Shown here: one piece after another, positions 37,168 through 47,825 of the stretch | How the letters are laid out: each line of letters starts with the position of its first letter | Position numbering within the stretch: position 1 is the stretch's first letter | Source: Polyangiaceae bacterium | GTDB lineage: Bacteria; Myxococcota_A; Polyangia; Polyangiales; Polyangiaceae | Length of the DNA: 64,000 nt | Direction: 5' to 3' | Assembly (NCBI GenBank): GCA_044376115.1 | Contig: JBILLK010000038.1 | Location: forward strand, 27,489 to 91,488 | The notes under the pieces: generated by a model | Database searches by the model: none | Seen by the model: the letters and a program-made list of their open reading frames with translations, nothing else | Told to the model about the DNA's origin: nothing | Program-made: the position numbers and the translations under genes

Positions 37168-37538
37168 TCGGGCTGACGTTCGATACCGGCGCGTTGATTG
37201 CGCTCGAGCGACGCCGTCTACGCATGAAGGAGGTGTTCGAGCATGCGCTGGTGCGAGAGCAGCGTATCGTCGTCCCCGCCGATGTGGTCGCCGAATGGTG
37301 GCGCGGTCAGAAGACGCTCCGGCTGGGCATTCTCGCCAGCGTCGACGTCGAGCCCCTGACCGAGGAATTGGCCAAGGCCGCAGGCGAAGCCTTGGCCGCC
37401 GTCAAGGGAGCGACCCTCGTCGACGCGATCGTCATGGCCTCGGCTGCGTCGAGGGGTGACCTCGTCTACACGAGCGACGTCGAGGAACTCGAGCGGCTTC
37501 GGACGCGCTTCCCGGGTGTGCGCGTACTCGGAGTTTGA
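37164..37538 (+). CDS. PIN-domain (VapC-like) toxin, copy 1
   Basis: FDTGALI, VVAE, VDAIV, YTSD acidic residues. Confidence 0.85.
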   Translation: MIGLTFDTGALIALERRRLRMKEVFEHALVREQRIVVPADVVAEWWRGQKTLRLGILASVDVEPLTEELAKAAGEALAAVKGATLVDAIVMASAASRGDLVYTSDVEELERLRTRFPGVRVLGV

Positions 37539-37584
37539 AGCTCGGACGGCCTAGGCGCGCCGGCGCTGCCGCGGACCCCGCAGC

Positions 37585-37790
37585 TGCGACACTACGGCGG
37601 GTGTCACGGTGAGACGGCGCGATCTGTCGCGCGTTGCACTCCTAAGCGCCCTCCCCGATTGATCACGCTCGCAGATTTGCGCAGAACTGCTGCAAGGCCG
37701 TCGCGCGAAGCTGCCCAGCCCATCGTGGAGTGCGACATTACGGCGGGTGTCGCCGTGAGACGGCGCGATCTGTCGCACGTTGCAATCCAT
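37585..37790 (+). repeat. Element A doublet 1 (hairpins 37585-37630, 37731-37776)
   Basis: Two TGCGACA...TGTCGC hairpins 146 bp apart. Confidence 0.9.
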
Positions 37791-37825
37791 CGCGCGCCGA
37801 ACTCCAGTTGGAGAGAAACCGCGCG

Positions 37826-38062
37826 TCAGCTGCGGACAAGGCGGACAACAGATCTTGAAAGTCCGGGCCGAACGGTAGGAGCGTCGGGGTGGGCAAGCGC
37901 GTGCATCTCCAAGCTGAGGGTCCAGGCCAACGAGATTCGCTCGAGGGGCGACAGTGCGAGCCAGAATTGCGCGTCCGCAGCTTCCTCTGCAGCGTGATCG
38001 TTGCGAAAGACTTGCATCTGCCAGTTCGCCCGCGCGCGTCTTCTACTTGCCGCGTCGTCCAT
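37826..38062 (-). CDS. Small protein upstream of nucleotidyltransferase, copy 1 (partner truncated at ~37813)
   Basis: Paralog of 41922-42158; overlapping frame PDFQDLL...ARFL stops matching just before element A. Confidence 0.65.
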   Translation of the reverse strand: MDDAASRRRARANWQMQVFRNDHAAEEAADAQFWLALSPLERISLAWTLSLEMHALAHPDAPTVRPGLSRSVVRLVRS

Positions 38063-38171
38063 GTCGGGATCATAGCCCGATCGGGGTAAGCGTTCCACGC
38101 ATGACGCTCGCATCGACGAGGGTAGCGCGCGCGTGTTCACGGCTGTTCGGCGCGCGACACGCTCGCGCTCC

Positions 38172-41100
38172 TCACCCCTGCGCCAAGCTCGCGAACCCAT
38201 CAAACAACGCGCCCGACATCCCATACTCCAGCCTCCACGTGATTCCGATCGGCCTGTCGCCCGCCGCCGAGACGAAGCTCACCGGCCCTAGGAACGCGTA
38301 CGCCGCATCTGGGTCGGTGCGCACGAACAGGTAGAACGTCCACCCGTTGCCCGGGCTCTCGAGGTAGCGCTTGCCCGACTCCCGCTCGACGCTCGCGGCC
38401 GCCTGCGTCTCCCAGTGGAATAGCGTTGGCGAGATCGCGTAGTCGCGGTACCGCGTAGTCGGTGAGAACGAAGCGGCCGACTTATCGAGCGTGACCAGCA
38501 TCAGCTCCCGCTTCCGCTCCTTCAGCATCAGGATCCCGGCCTGGGGGATGTTGCCCTTCTGCCCGGGCTTGACGTAGCCAACGGCGGCGACGATCTCCCT
38601 CCTCGCGTAGTGTCGGTGCAGGGCGAGCGGCCACTCGGGCACGGGGTAGAGGTCGTTGGCGGAGGGGACGCGCTCGACGAGGACGTCGCCGAGTTGCTGG
38701 AGCTCTTCACACGCGGTGCCGTCGCCGCTGAGCCAGGGCAATCCGGCGGCGGGGTCGGTCAGCATCGTGCGCTGGCGGAGCTGGTGCTCGAGCATGGTGA
38801 CGCGGCGGCTGCCGACGGTGTCTTCGGCGGCTCTGAGGATGCCACCTTCGCGCCAGAGAGCGATGCGTGAGGGCTCATCGGTATGGAGCAGGAACTTGAA
38901 GCTCTGCGAGAGCTTCTTGGTCTCCTCGGATACTGCGGGCATGAGGCCGGCCCGCTCGCGAAGCTCGGTCCACCCGCCGGCATCGTAGACGTCTTCGACG
39001 TCGCGGCCGGTCTCGTCGAGGAAGCCCTTCAACGTGACGGTGTCGTTCGCCGCTCGGTACTCCTGAAGCTCGCGCGAGAGGACTCGGGCGCTAGCGACGA
39101 CGCGTTTGAGGCTGTCGACGATCTGGCTGCGGGCGACTTCGTCTAGCTGGAGGACGCAGCCGCTCGGGAGGAAGGGGAAGCCCTCGGCGATCTCCTTGGC
39201 GAGTCGCGCGCGCGGTCTGCCGGTGATGGCGGCATAGAGGCCGTCGAAGCGGAACTCGCTGCGGTGCTGGCCGATGAAGTCGAGCACGAGGCACGAGCCT
39301 TTCTCGACGCCATTCTCGACGTGGAGGCGCAGGCCGCGGCCGAGCTGTTGGACGAAGACGGTGGCGCTGGCGGTGGGGCGAAGGAGGAGCAGCGTGTCAA
39401 CGAACGGGAGGTCGATGCCTTCGTTGTAGAGGTCGACGGTGCAGAGGACGTGGATGGTGCGGTCGCGCAAGCGCTTCGGGGCGGCTTCGCGCGCGTCGCC
39501 GGGCGTTCCGCCGTGGACGGCCTCAGCGGGGACGCCGCGGCGGGTGAGCTCGCGGGCCATGAACTCGGCGTGCTCGACGGACACGCAGAAGGCGATGGCA
39601 CGGATGCGGGAGATGTCGCCCACGCGGCGGCGGAGCTGCTCGACGACGAGATCGACGCGCGCTTGGTTGCCGGTGTAGACGTTCGCGAGATCGGCGGCCT
39701 GGTAGCTGCCGCGATTCCACCGGATGGTGCGCAGATCGGTGTTGTCGGAGATGCCGTAGTACTCGAACGGGACGAGCAGCTGCTTCTCGAGGGCGTGCCA
39801 GAGGCGGAGCTCGGCGGCGACGCGTCCGCCGAAGTCGGGGAGGAGCGACTTGCCGTCGGTGCGCTCGGGGGTGGCGGTGAGTCCGACGAGGGTCTCCGGC
39901 GTGATGCTGCGGATGACGCGCTGGTAGGAGTCGGCCGGTGCGTGGTGACACTCGTCGATCACGACGAAGCGGAAGTGGTCGGCGGCGATGCGTTCACCGA
40001 GCACGTTGGCGAAGCTCTGAATGGACGCGAAGACGTGCTCCCAGCGCTCGGGGACGTTTCCGTCGACGAGCAGCTCGCCGAAAGCGCCGTCGTGCATGAC
40101 GTTGCGGAAGGTGTGGAGCGCCTGCTCGAGGATCTCCTTGCGGTGGGCGAGGAAGAGCAGGCGTGGCGAGCTGCCTGCGATGCGGCATTCGTTCGCGTAG
40201 TCGAAGGCGGCGATCACGGTCTTGCCAGTGCCGGTCGCGGCGACGACGAGGTTGCGCCATCGGTGGTGGAGTCGTCGCTCGGCCTGTAGCTTGTCGAGGA
40301 TCTCGAGCTGGTAGGCAAACGGGCGGAGCTGGTAGAGCCGCGTGACGTCGGTGGGCGCGGTTCGCTCGGCTTTGAGGGCGCGCTGGAGCCGCTCGCGTTG
40401 CTCGACGCTGGCGTCGAAGGGCTCGAACTCGCTGTCGTTCCACAGGCCCTCGAAGGTGCCCTCGAACTTGGCGATGACGTCGGGCAGATCGTTCGCCGCG
40501 ACCTTCACCATCCACTCGTGGCCGGAGCCGAGGGCGGTGGACGTCCAGTTCGCCGAGCCGACGTACGCGGTGTGGAGGCCGGAGTGGCGCCCAAAGAGCC
40601 AGGCCTTCGCGTGCAGGCGCGTGCGCTTCGTGTCGAACGAGACGCGCACCTCGACGCCTTCGAGCGACGCGAGCTGGACGAGCGCCTCGAGCTCGGTGGT
40701 CCCGGTGAAGACCGAGGTGAGTACGCGCAAGCGCACCCCACGGCGCGCTGCGCGCTCGAGCTCCTGGCGGATGGCGCGGAGCCCGCCGACGGTGATGAAC
40801 GCGGAGAGGATGTCGACGCGATCGGAGCAGGCGACCTCGCGTCCGAGCTCGTGTCCGAGCGACGGCTCACCTTTGGAGCGCGTAAGGAGCGTTGAGGCCG
40901 AGAGCGGAGACGCCGGGCGCTCGGGGATGGCCGTCCGGTAGATCGACCGCAGCAGCCGCGCGGCGCCCTCGATCTTGGCGCCCTCGACGAGGTCGCGGGC
41001 GTCGTCGTCCTCGGTGCTACCTGCGAGCTGATCGAGAAGGTGATGCGCGAGAGCGATCTGAGCTTCGGGTTTACCGGCCGACTTCAGCGCTCGCTGGATC

Positions 41101-41243
41101 TCGGCGGCAAGGTGGCGCGTCAGCCATCCCGAAAGATCGGCCGGCTCCACCTTGGCGATCTCGGAGACCGACGGCGCGATGGCCTCGAGCTGTCCATGGA
41201 GCAGCCGGGTGACCAACTGCTCGTAGACGCCGTCGCCTAACTG
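38172..41243 (-). CDS. PLD nuclease + SF2 helicase + DUF3427 protein (SauUSI-like type IV restriction candidate); native start may be lost
   Basis: LHAKAW...GSAN (PLD), ATGTGKT, DECHH, TATPER, QQLGRGLR, YRDYAIS...FHWETQ. Confidence 0.88.
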   Translation of the reverse strand, partial: QLGDGVYEQLVTRLLHGQLEAIAPSVSEIAKVEPADLSGWLTRHLAAEIQRALKSAGKPEAQIALAHHLLDQLAGSTEDDDARDLVEGAKIEGAARLLRSIYRTAIPERPASPLSASTLLTRSKGEPSLGHELGREVACSDRVDILSAFITVGGLRAIRQELERAARRGVRLRVLTSVFTGTTELEALVQLASLEGVEVRVSFDTKRTRLHAKAWLFGRHSGLHTAYVGSANWTSTALGSGHEWMVKVAANDLPDVIAKFEGTFEGLWNDSEFEPFDASVEQRERLQRALKAERTAPTDVTRLYQLRPFAYQLEILDKLQAERRLHHRWRNLVVAATGTGKTVIAAFDYANECRIAGSSPRLLFLAHRKEILEQALHTFRNVMHDGAFGELLVDGNVPERWEHVFASIQSFANVLGERIAADHFRFVVIDECHHAPADSYQRVIRSITPETLVGLTATPERTDGKSLLPDFGGRVAAELRLWHALEKQLLVPFEYYGISDNTDLRTIRWNRGSYQAADLANVYTGNQARVDLVVEQLRRRVGDISRIRAIAFCVSVEHAEFMARELTRRGVPAEAVHGGTPGDAREAAPKRLRDRTIHVLCTVDLYNEGIDLPFVDTLLLLRPTASATVFVQQLGRGLRLHVENGVEKGSCLVLDFIGQHRSEFRFDGLYAAITGRPRARLAKEIAEGFPFLPSGCVLQLDEVARSQIVDSLKRVVASARVLSRELQEYRAANDTVTLKGFLDETGRDVEDVYDAGGWTELRERAGLMPAVSEETKKLSQSFKFLLHTDEPSRIALWREGGILRAAEDTVGSRRVTMLEHQLRQRTMLTDPAAGLPWLSGDGTACEELQQLGDVLVERVPSANDLYPVPEWPLALHRHYARREIVAAVGYVKPGQKGNIPQAGILMLKERKRELMLVTLDKSAASFSPTTRYRDYAISPTLFHWETQAAASVERESGKRYLESPGNGWTFYLFVRTDPDAAYAFLGPVSFVSAAGDRPIGITWRLEYGMSGALFDGFASLAQG

Positions 41244-41394
41244 CTAGGGCGACGCCCGTGCAGCCTGACTTCTCACGAATGGGAGCCGGTGACGCCTTGG
41301 GCCACGTTTGAAACACCATTCTCCGCCCTCCGGAACAGAGATTGCGCGGGGACGGAAGGTGTCTCATCCGAGGTTGGCACAGAGGGCTGGCCCG

Positions 41395-41610
41395 CCCATC
41401 GTGGAGTGCGACATTGCGGCGGGTCTCACCGTGAGACGGCGCGATGTGTCGCACGTCGCGCTCCCGACCGCCCTACCGTTTGGCCGCGCTCGTAGATTTG
41501 CGCGGTATTTCTACAAGGCTGTCGCACGAAGCTGGCCGGCCCAGCGTGGAGTGCGACATTGCGGCGGGTGTCACGGTGAGACGGCGCGATGTGTCGCACT
41601 CCAGCTGGAG
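41395..41610 (+). repeat. Element A doublet 2 (hairpins 41407-41452, 41552-41597)
   Basis: Two hairpins 145 bp apart. Confidence 0.9.
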
Positions 41611-41645
41611 GTCCACCGTGGAGACGGTCTCCGCCGTCGGGCGGC

Positions 41646-41992
41646 TCAGCCTGGGACTCCTCTCGTGCGCTCGAGAGCCACTACGTCCGCAAGATCCTGT
41701 GGGCGAGCCCCGGCGCGCTTGTTAGCCAACAGGTCATCGAGCCCGATGAACGCACAGCTCAGGCCCGGCGCGATTGCGACCTCCAGTCGGTTCGGCCATG
41801 CGTCAGCGAAATGAACGCCGGATGGGTTTGTGAGGATGTCCACGCGATGGGGCGGTCCTTGGTCGCTCGTGGCCGCCCGTGGAACGCAACGGCGTAGCCG
41901 CCAACGATGAGAAACCGCGCGTCAGCTGCGGACAATGCGGACAACAGATCTTGAAAGTCCGGGCCGAACGGTAGGAGCGTCGGGGTGGGCAA
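41646..41992 (-). pseudogene. Nucleotidyltransferase-like gene with internal frameshifting deletion
   Basis: IVGGYAVAFHGRPRATKD joined out of frame near 41855 to PPHRVDILT...NKRAGARPQDLADV. Confidence 0.75.
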
Positions 41993-42158
41993 GCGCGTGC
42001 ATCTCCAAGCTGAGGGTCCAGGCCAACGAGACTCGCTCGAGGGGCGACATTGAGAGCCAGAATCGCGCGTCCGCAGCTTCCTCTGCAGCGTGATCGTTGC
42101 GAAAGACTTGCATATGCCAGTTCGCGCGCTCGCGTCTTCTGCCGGCCGCGTCGTTCAT
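41922..42158 (-). CDS. Small protein upstream of nucleotidyltransferase, copy 2
   Basis: 78 aa, DARFWLSMSPLER; duplicate of 37826-38062. Confidence 0.65.
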   Translation of the reverse strand: MNDAAGRRRERANWHMQVFRNDHAAEEAADARFWLSMSPLERVSLAWTLSLEMHALAHPDAPTVRPGLSRSVVRIVRS

Positions 42159-42446
42159 GTCGGGGATCCCAGCCCGATCGAGGTGAGCGCTCCACGCATG
42201 ACGCTCGCATCGACGGCGTCTCCAAGCTGTCGTGGCCGTAGACGCCGTCGCGAAGCTTAGCCCCACGGCTCTGCAGGCTAACTGCTCCCGCGACGCCCGT
42301 GCAACGCGCCATCGGAGCGCTCATCGGCGCCGGTCTACACGCCAGCCCGGCTCGCCTTCAAAAATTCTTTGCGACGCTCAGCGGGCGACTGCGTCCTTGG
42401 GGAGTAGGGCCCACAAGTCGGCCGAAGCCACAGTCGGAGCAATCAG

Positions 42447-43874
42447 ATGAATCAGCAGATCGATGCCCTTCAGGGCGCCAAGTTCCTCCAATATGCGGAC
42501 TACGGCGAGCTCTCTTTCAAACCTGACGCCATTCAAGCCGCGATGGGCCACTACGGCGAAGACGAAGAGCTTGCGTGGTGGCTGAAGCAAGGGGCATCGT
42601 GGTTCGCCGCCGAGGCAGACGGTGGCTTAGTCGGGCTACTGAATGTCGAAGGTATCGACCCGGAGGCGCGCCCCGTGGTGTACCTGTCCAATGAAGGAAA
42701 TGTCGCGCTTACCGGCTTCAACTTCGTCGATCACCTCGCACGGCAGCCGGCCGGTTGGCCCACTGAGCTGCTGAGCGCGTGCAAGCGGCTCGGCCTTCCT
42801 GGGCCTCGCTCGAGCGCCGAGATTGAAAAGCTGGCCGTCGAAGTCGGGCTCCGCGACCAATTCTTGTCCCGGAAGAACGTTGGGGCGGTGGATATAAACC
42901 GCCTCGCAGCGATCGCTGCCGAGCGGCGTCCCCTGCCCTCAAAGCCAAAGCTTCCAAAAGAGAAGGTGGGAAAGCCAGGGTTTCCTTCAGGTGGCGTTTA
43001 CGGCTTCACCTCATCAGGTAACGTCCAGGTCGTTAGCGCCAGCTTCAAAGACGTACGGACGTACCGGTGGGACGGTGAGCAGTTGATCCTCGAGGGAATC
43101 AGCGCTGCTGCGCGTCTCGCCGGGATGCTTCGGGGTGAGCGCTTCTTCATCCGGGACACCAACCTCGAGATCGTTCGCGAAGCCGGTGTCGTAACCGTGA
43201 ACATTCCCGGCGCAGCGTACGCCCCCGTTCGTACGAGCCCGACAGAGCTCCTCGTAGAAGACGCGGAGGGACCGCTTCGCTACGCCGACGGCGCGTTCGT
43301 CCCCGTCCACCGCTCTGCGAAGGAACCGTTGTTTTTCCGTGGGTTCCTGGATACCGATGCCGTGTTCGACGACCTCGACGGCGGGAAACTCGTTCGCGTC
43401 GCGCGTGACGGTAGCCGGAGGGATTTGGATTTCGCATGCGACCTGGAAGTTCTTGGTATTGGACGCTGGCTCTACGGCTGCACCAACGACACGCACGTCA
43501 TCTCGGAGGGCGCCGTGCAGAGCTTCGAGGGTGGTCGGCCGACCGACGCGTGGAAGCTCCCTGCCAAGGCGAAGCACGTCACTTGGAAGGCGATCACCGC
43601 TGGGGGCACCTGGATCGGTCTCTACGCCGGCGGGACGTGGGCCGTGTTCGATCGCTCGACGAACGAGTTCCGTTTCGTGCAGGGAGGCCTATCGCGCGGT
43701 CCGACGAACAATGACGGCGTCGCCATTCCGCTCGACGATCGCTTCGTCCTGCTCGCCGGTGGGTCCTCGGGCGGGGAAGACGCGATCCCCGAGCTCATGG
43801 ACTTGACGGCCATGACGATCCGCCCGCTGCCGGGGACGGAAGACGTGCACCGTTTGCAAATCGCGCGAGCGTGA
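42447..43874 (+). CDS. Hypothetical protein (N-terminus reminiscent of SMI1/KNR4-type immunity domains, beta-rich C-terminus)
   Basis: 475-aa ORF; FAAEADGG...PVVYLSNEG; family call tentative. Confidence 0.6.
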   Translation: MNQQIDALQGAKFLQYADYGELSFKPDAIQAAMGHYGEDEELAWWLKQGASWFAAEADGGLVGLLNVEGIDPEARPVVYLSNEGNVALTGFNFVDHLARQPAGWPTELLSACKRLGLPGPRSSAEIEKLAVEVGLRDQFLSRKNVGAVDINRLAAIAAERRPLPSKPKLPKEKVGKPGFPSGGVYGFTSSGNVQVVSASFKDVRTYRWDGEQLILEGISAAARLAGMLRGERFFIRDTNLEIVREAGVVTVNIPGAAYAPVRTSPTELLVEDAEGPLRYADGAFVPVHRSAKEPLFFRGFLDTDAVFDDLDGGKLVRVARDGSRRDLDFACDLEVLGIGRWLYGCTNDTHVISEGAVQSFEGGRPTDAWKLPAKAKHVTWKAITAGGTWIGLYAGGTWAVFDRSTNEFRFVQGGLSRGPTNNDGVAIPLDDRFVLLAGGSSGGEDAIPELMDLTAMTIRPLPGTEDVHRLQIARA

Positions 43875-43960
43875 TTTGAGCCGCAACTGCAGCGTTCGTC
43901 AGCCCGAGTGCGACACCTTCACTGGCGAAGGGAACCGCGCTGGGCTACCGTGGTAGGACA

Positions 43961-44245
43961 ATGGCGGCGAAGCGCGCGGGCAAGACAGTGAAGGTCAGCG
44001 TTTCGTTAACGAGGGAGGACTTGGCGACGTTGAAGAGAGAAGCCAAACACTCTCACGATGGGAACCTTTCGGCGGCGTTCGCGGAAGCAGCGCGCTGGCT
44101 CCGGCAGCGCGAGGCTAGGCGCCGTGTGATTGAGCTGCTCGGCGGGCCCTCCCTGACGCCTGCTGCGGCTGCCGCGATCGACGAAGAACAGCGCGGTGGC
44201 TCGGCAAAGGCTCCCCGCAAGAGCAAGGCGAAAAAGGCCGCGTGA
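43961..44245 (+). CDS. Putative antitoxin (RHH-like), intact copy 2
   Basis: KVSVSL strand then helices; GTGA overlap with PIN gene; dyad CTACC-GT-GGTAG upstream in both copies. Confidence 0.75.
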   Translation: MAAKRAGKTVKVSVSLTREDLATLKREAKHSHDGNLSAAFAEAARWLRQREARRRVIELLGGPSLTPAAAAAIDEEQRGGSAKAPRKSKAKKAA

Positions 44246-44616
44246 TCGGGCTGACGTTCGATACCGGCGCCTTGATTGCGCTCGAGCGACGCCGTCAACG
44301 CATGAAAGACGTCTTCGAGCATGCCCTGGCGCGAGAGCAGCGCATCGTCGTCCCCGCCGACGTGGTCGCCGAGTGGTGGCGCGGTCAGACGACTCTCAGG
44401 CTGGGCATTCTCGCCAGCGTCGACGTCGAGCCCCTGACCGAGGAATTGGCCAAGGCCGCCGGCGAAGCCCTGGCCGCCGTCAAGGGATCGACCCTCGTCG
44501 ACGCGATCGTCATGGCCTCGGCTGCGTCAAGGGGTGACCTCGTCTACACGAGCGACATCGACGATCTCGAGCGGCTTCGGACGCGCTTCCCGGGTGTGCG
44601 CGTACTCGGCGTTTGA
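44242..44616 (+). CDS. PIN-domain (VapC-like) toxin, copy 2
   Basis: 124 aa, close paralog of 37164-37538. Confidence 0.85.
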   Translation: MIGLTFDTGALIALERRRQRMKDVFEHALAREQRIVVPADVVAEWWRGQTTLRLGILASVDVEPLTEELAKAAGEALAAVKGSTLVDAIVMASAASRGDLVYTSDIDDLERLRTRFPGVRVLGV

Positions 44617-44635
44617 AGCTCGGGTGGCGAGGGTC

Positions 44636-44897
44636 GCCGTCGCGCGAAGCTGGCCAGCCCATCGTGGAGTGCGACATTACGGCGGGTGTCACGGTGAGAC
44701 GGCGCGATCTGTCGCGCCGCGCGCTCCCGACCGCCCTGACCGCTTGACCGTGCTTGCAGATTTGCGCGGTATTTCCGCAAGGCCGTCACTCCATTCGTGG
44801 CCCGCCCAGCGTGGAGTGCGACATTGCGGCGGGTGTCACGGTGAGACGGCGCGATCTGTCGCGCGTTGCACTCGAGTTTGGTGGTCCAACTCAAGAC
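44636..44897 (+). repeat. Element A doublet 3 (hairpins 44670-44715, 44817-44862)
   Basis: 147-bp spacing; about 170 bp almost identical to doublet 4. Confidence 0.9.
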
Positions 44898-44992
44898 TCC
44901 GCCGGGCCCTCGCCACCCACGCGCAGAAGCGCGCCGGAGCGCTCGCCCTCCAATCCTGCCCTGCCCTTCTTCCCCTGCGCTAGCCTGGCGCG

Positions 44993-45925
44993 GTGCGGGT
45001 GGAGCGTTACCAACTGGAGGAGCGGCTCGAGGCAAAGGGGGCTGTGGAGGTTTGGCGGGCGCGTGATTCGGCGGATCACGGCGCTGAGGTGACGTTGCAG
45101 GTGGTGACGATCGCCGGGAACGAGGAGGATGTGGCTGCGTTGCGCGCGGAGGCGCGGCGGCAAGCGACGCAGTCTTCGGGGACGCAGGTGCGGATCTTCG
45201 AGGACCTGGCGGAGGGGCGCTTCGGGGTGGCTTACAAGCTGCGCACGGCGCCAATCCCGACCTTGGTGGCGAACGAGGCGAAGCGCGGCTCGCGGGCGCC
45301 GTTGTTGGCGGCGGGCGGGCTGGCTGTGTTCGGGTTGGCCGCCGGCGGCTGGTGGGTAGGGTCCACGGTGCTGAGCGAGGAGGCCGACGAACCGCGGAAG
45401 CAGCGATCGCGCGCGAGCGTTCCTGACGAGGAGACGGAGGAGGAGGCTCCAGCTCCTTTGCGTGCGACAGCGAAAGCGAGCGCTTGTGACGCCGACGCGC
45501 TCGCGGTGAAGGGCGGCTGTCTGGATCGCGAGGCGGTGCGTCAGCGGGCCTTTGATGGCTGCGTTGCGTGTCGCACGGTGGCGCCCTCGACCGCGGCGCC
45601 GGACCCGCTGCCGGAGGCCTCGGTCGCCGATGCGGCGGCGTGTTCGCGCGATGCGAGGGCGCCAAGCGCAGCGGCGAGCTGCGTGGCGTTTGATCAAGCG
45701 CGCGCCTTCTGTCGCTCGCTCGGCAAGGACTTACCTCCGCTCGAGGCGTGGCTCGAGGGTCGCGCGGCGGGCCTGGTTTGGGGGCTTAGCTTCGAATGGA
45801 CCTCGTCCCAATGGAAGCCGGACGGCATCATGCGACGCACCGGAGCGAAGGTCGGCGCGCCCTCGCAGATGCACTTGGCGCTCGCCGCTCCCAACCTCGG
45901 TTTTCGCTGCTACCGCGAGCGCTGA
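44993..45925 (+). CDS. Membrane protein with degenerate kinase-like N-terminus and FGE/SUMF1-like C-terminus
   Basis: RYQLEERL...VWRARD; TM; CVAFDQARAFC...LP...EWT...LGFRC. Confidence 0.6.
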   Translation: MRVERYQLEERLEAKGAVEVWRARDSADHGAEVTLQVVTIAGNEEDVAALRAEARRQATQSSGTQVRIFEDLAEGRFGVAYKLRTAPIPTLVANEAKRGSRAPLLAAGGLAVFGLAAGGWWVGSTVLSEEADEPRKQRSRASVPDEETEEEAPAPLRATAKASACDADALAVKGGCLDREAVRQRAFDGCVACRTVAPSTAAPDPLPEASVADAAACSRDARAPSAAASCVAFDQARAFCRSLGKDLPPLEAWLEGRAAGLVWGLSFEWTSSQWKPDGIMRRTGAKVGAPSQMHLALAAPNLGFRCYRER

Positions 45926-45930
45926 TCATC

Positions 45931-47217
<1,287 letters not shown>

Positions 47218-47223
47218 CGTGCG

Positions 47224-47670
47224 TCACAGGTAGCGGCCGTTGCTGAAGCGCAGCGCGCGCACGGGCAATAGCGGGAGCGAGGTCTCCGTGAGATCGGTCC
47301 AACCGCAGCTCTTGCTCTGCAGCGGCAGGAGCAGCTGGCCGTGGCCCATCGCCACGAGCCCGCTCGAGGTCGCGCGCACCACCAACGTGGTGCAGTTCCC
47401 GCCGATGCAGGTCTCGAGCGAAAGCACATCCACAAGCGCCTCGACGGTATTGGGGTTGCCATCGAGTTCCACACGCCGCACCAGGACCTCCGCCGCGGCC
47501 GGCCGCGGAAGACCTTCCGCAGCGAGCAGCGCGTTCAAGCTCTCTTTCGCCGCACGCGCCGTGATCTCGGCTTGCGGATTGGCGGTGCAGTCGGACTCGC
47601 AAGCGGGCGAAGCAGGGACCGCAGCAAGATTGGAAACCAGCGCAACCATCGATGAGAAACTCAGGTTCAT
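47224..47670 (-). CDS. Small secreted hypothetical protein
   Basis: AAGGAG RBS; signal-like N-terminus; ELDGNP..E, CIGGNC. Confidence 0.6.
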   Translation of the reverse strand: MNLSFSSMVALVSNLAAVPASPACESDCTANPQAEITARAAKESLNALLAAEGLPRPAAAEVLVRRVELDGNPNTVEALVDVLSLETCIGGNCTTLVVRATSSGLVAMGHGQLLLPLQSKSCGWTDLTETSLPLLPVRALRFSNGRYL

Positions 47671-47825
47671 GGTGAGACTCCTTGGCTTGCGCTACAGCAC
47701 GCGTCGTGCCGGCCAGCGCAGAGAGGTTTCGGCGCAATTGGGCTAGCTTTTTCGGTGGGTCGGCTGATCGCGATCCGATCGAGTTGATCGCGATCAGAGT
47801 GGCGCCACTCGCGTAAGCTCGATGG

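Noticed and set aside
43906..43915. GAGTGCGACA as a twelfth element A copy
   Set aside because: Only 10 bp match and the right arm is absent
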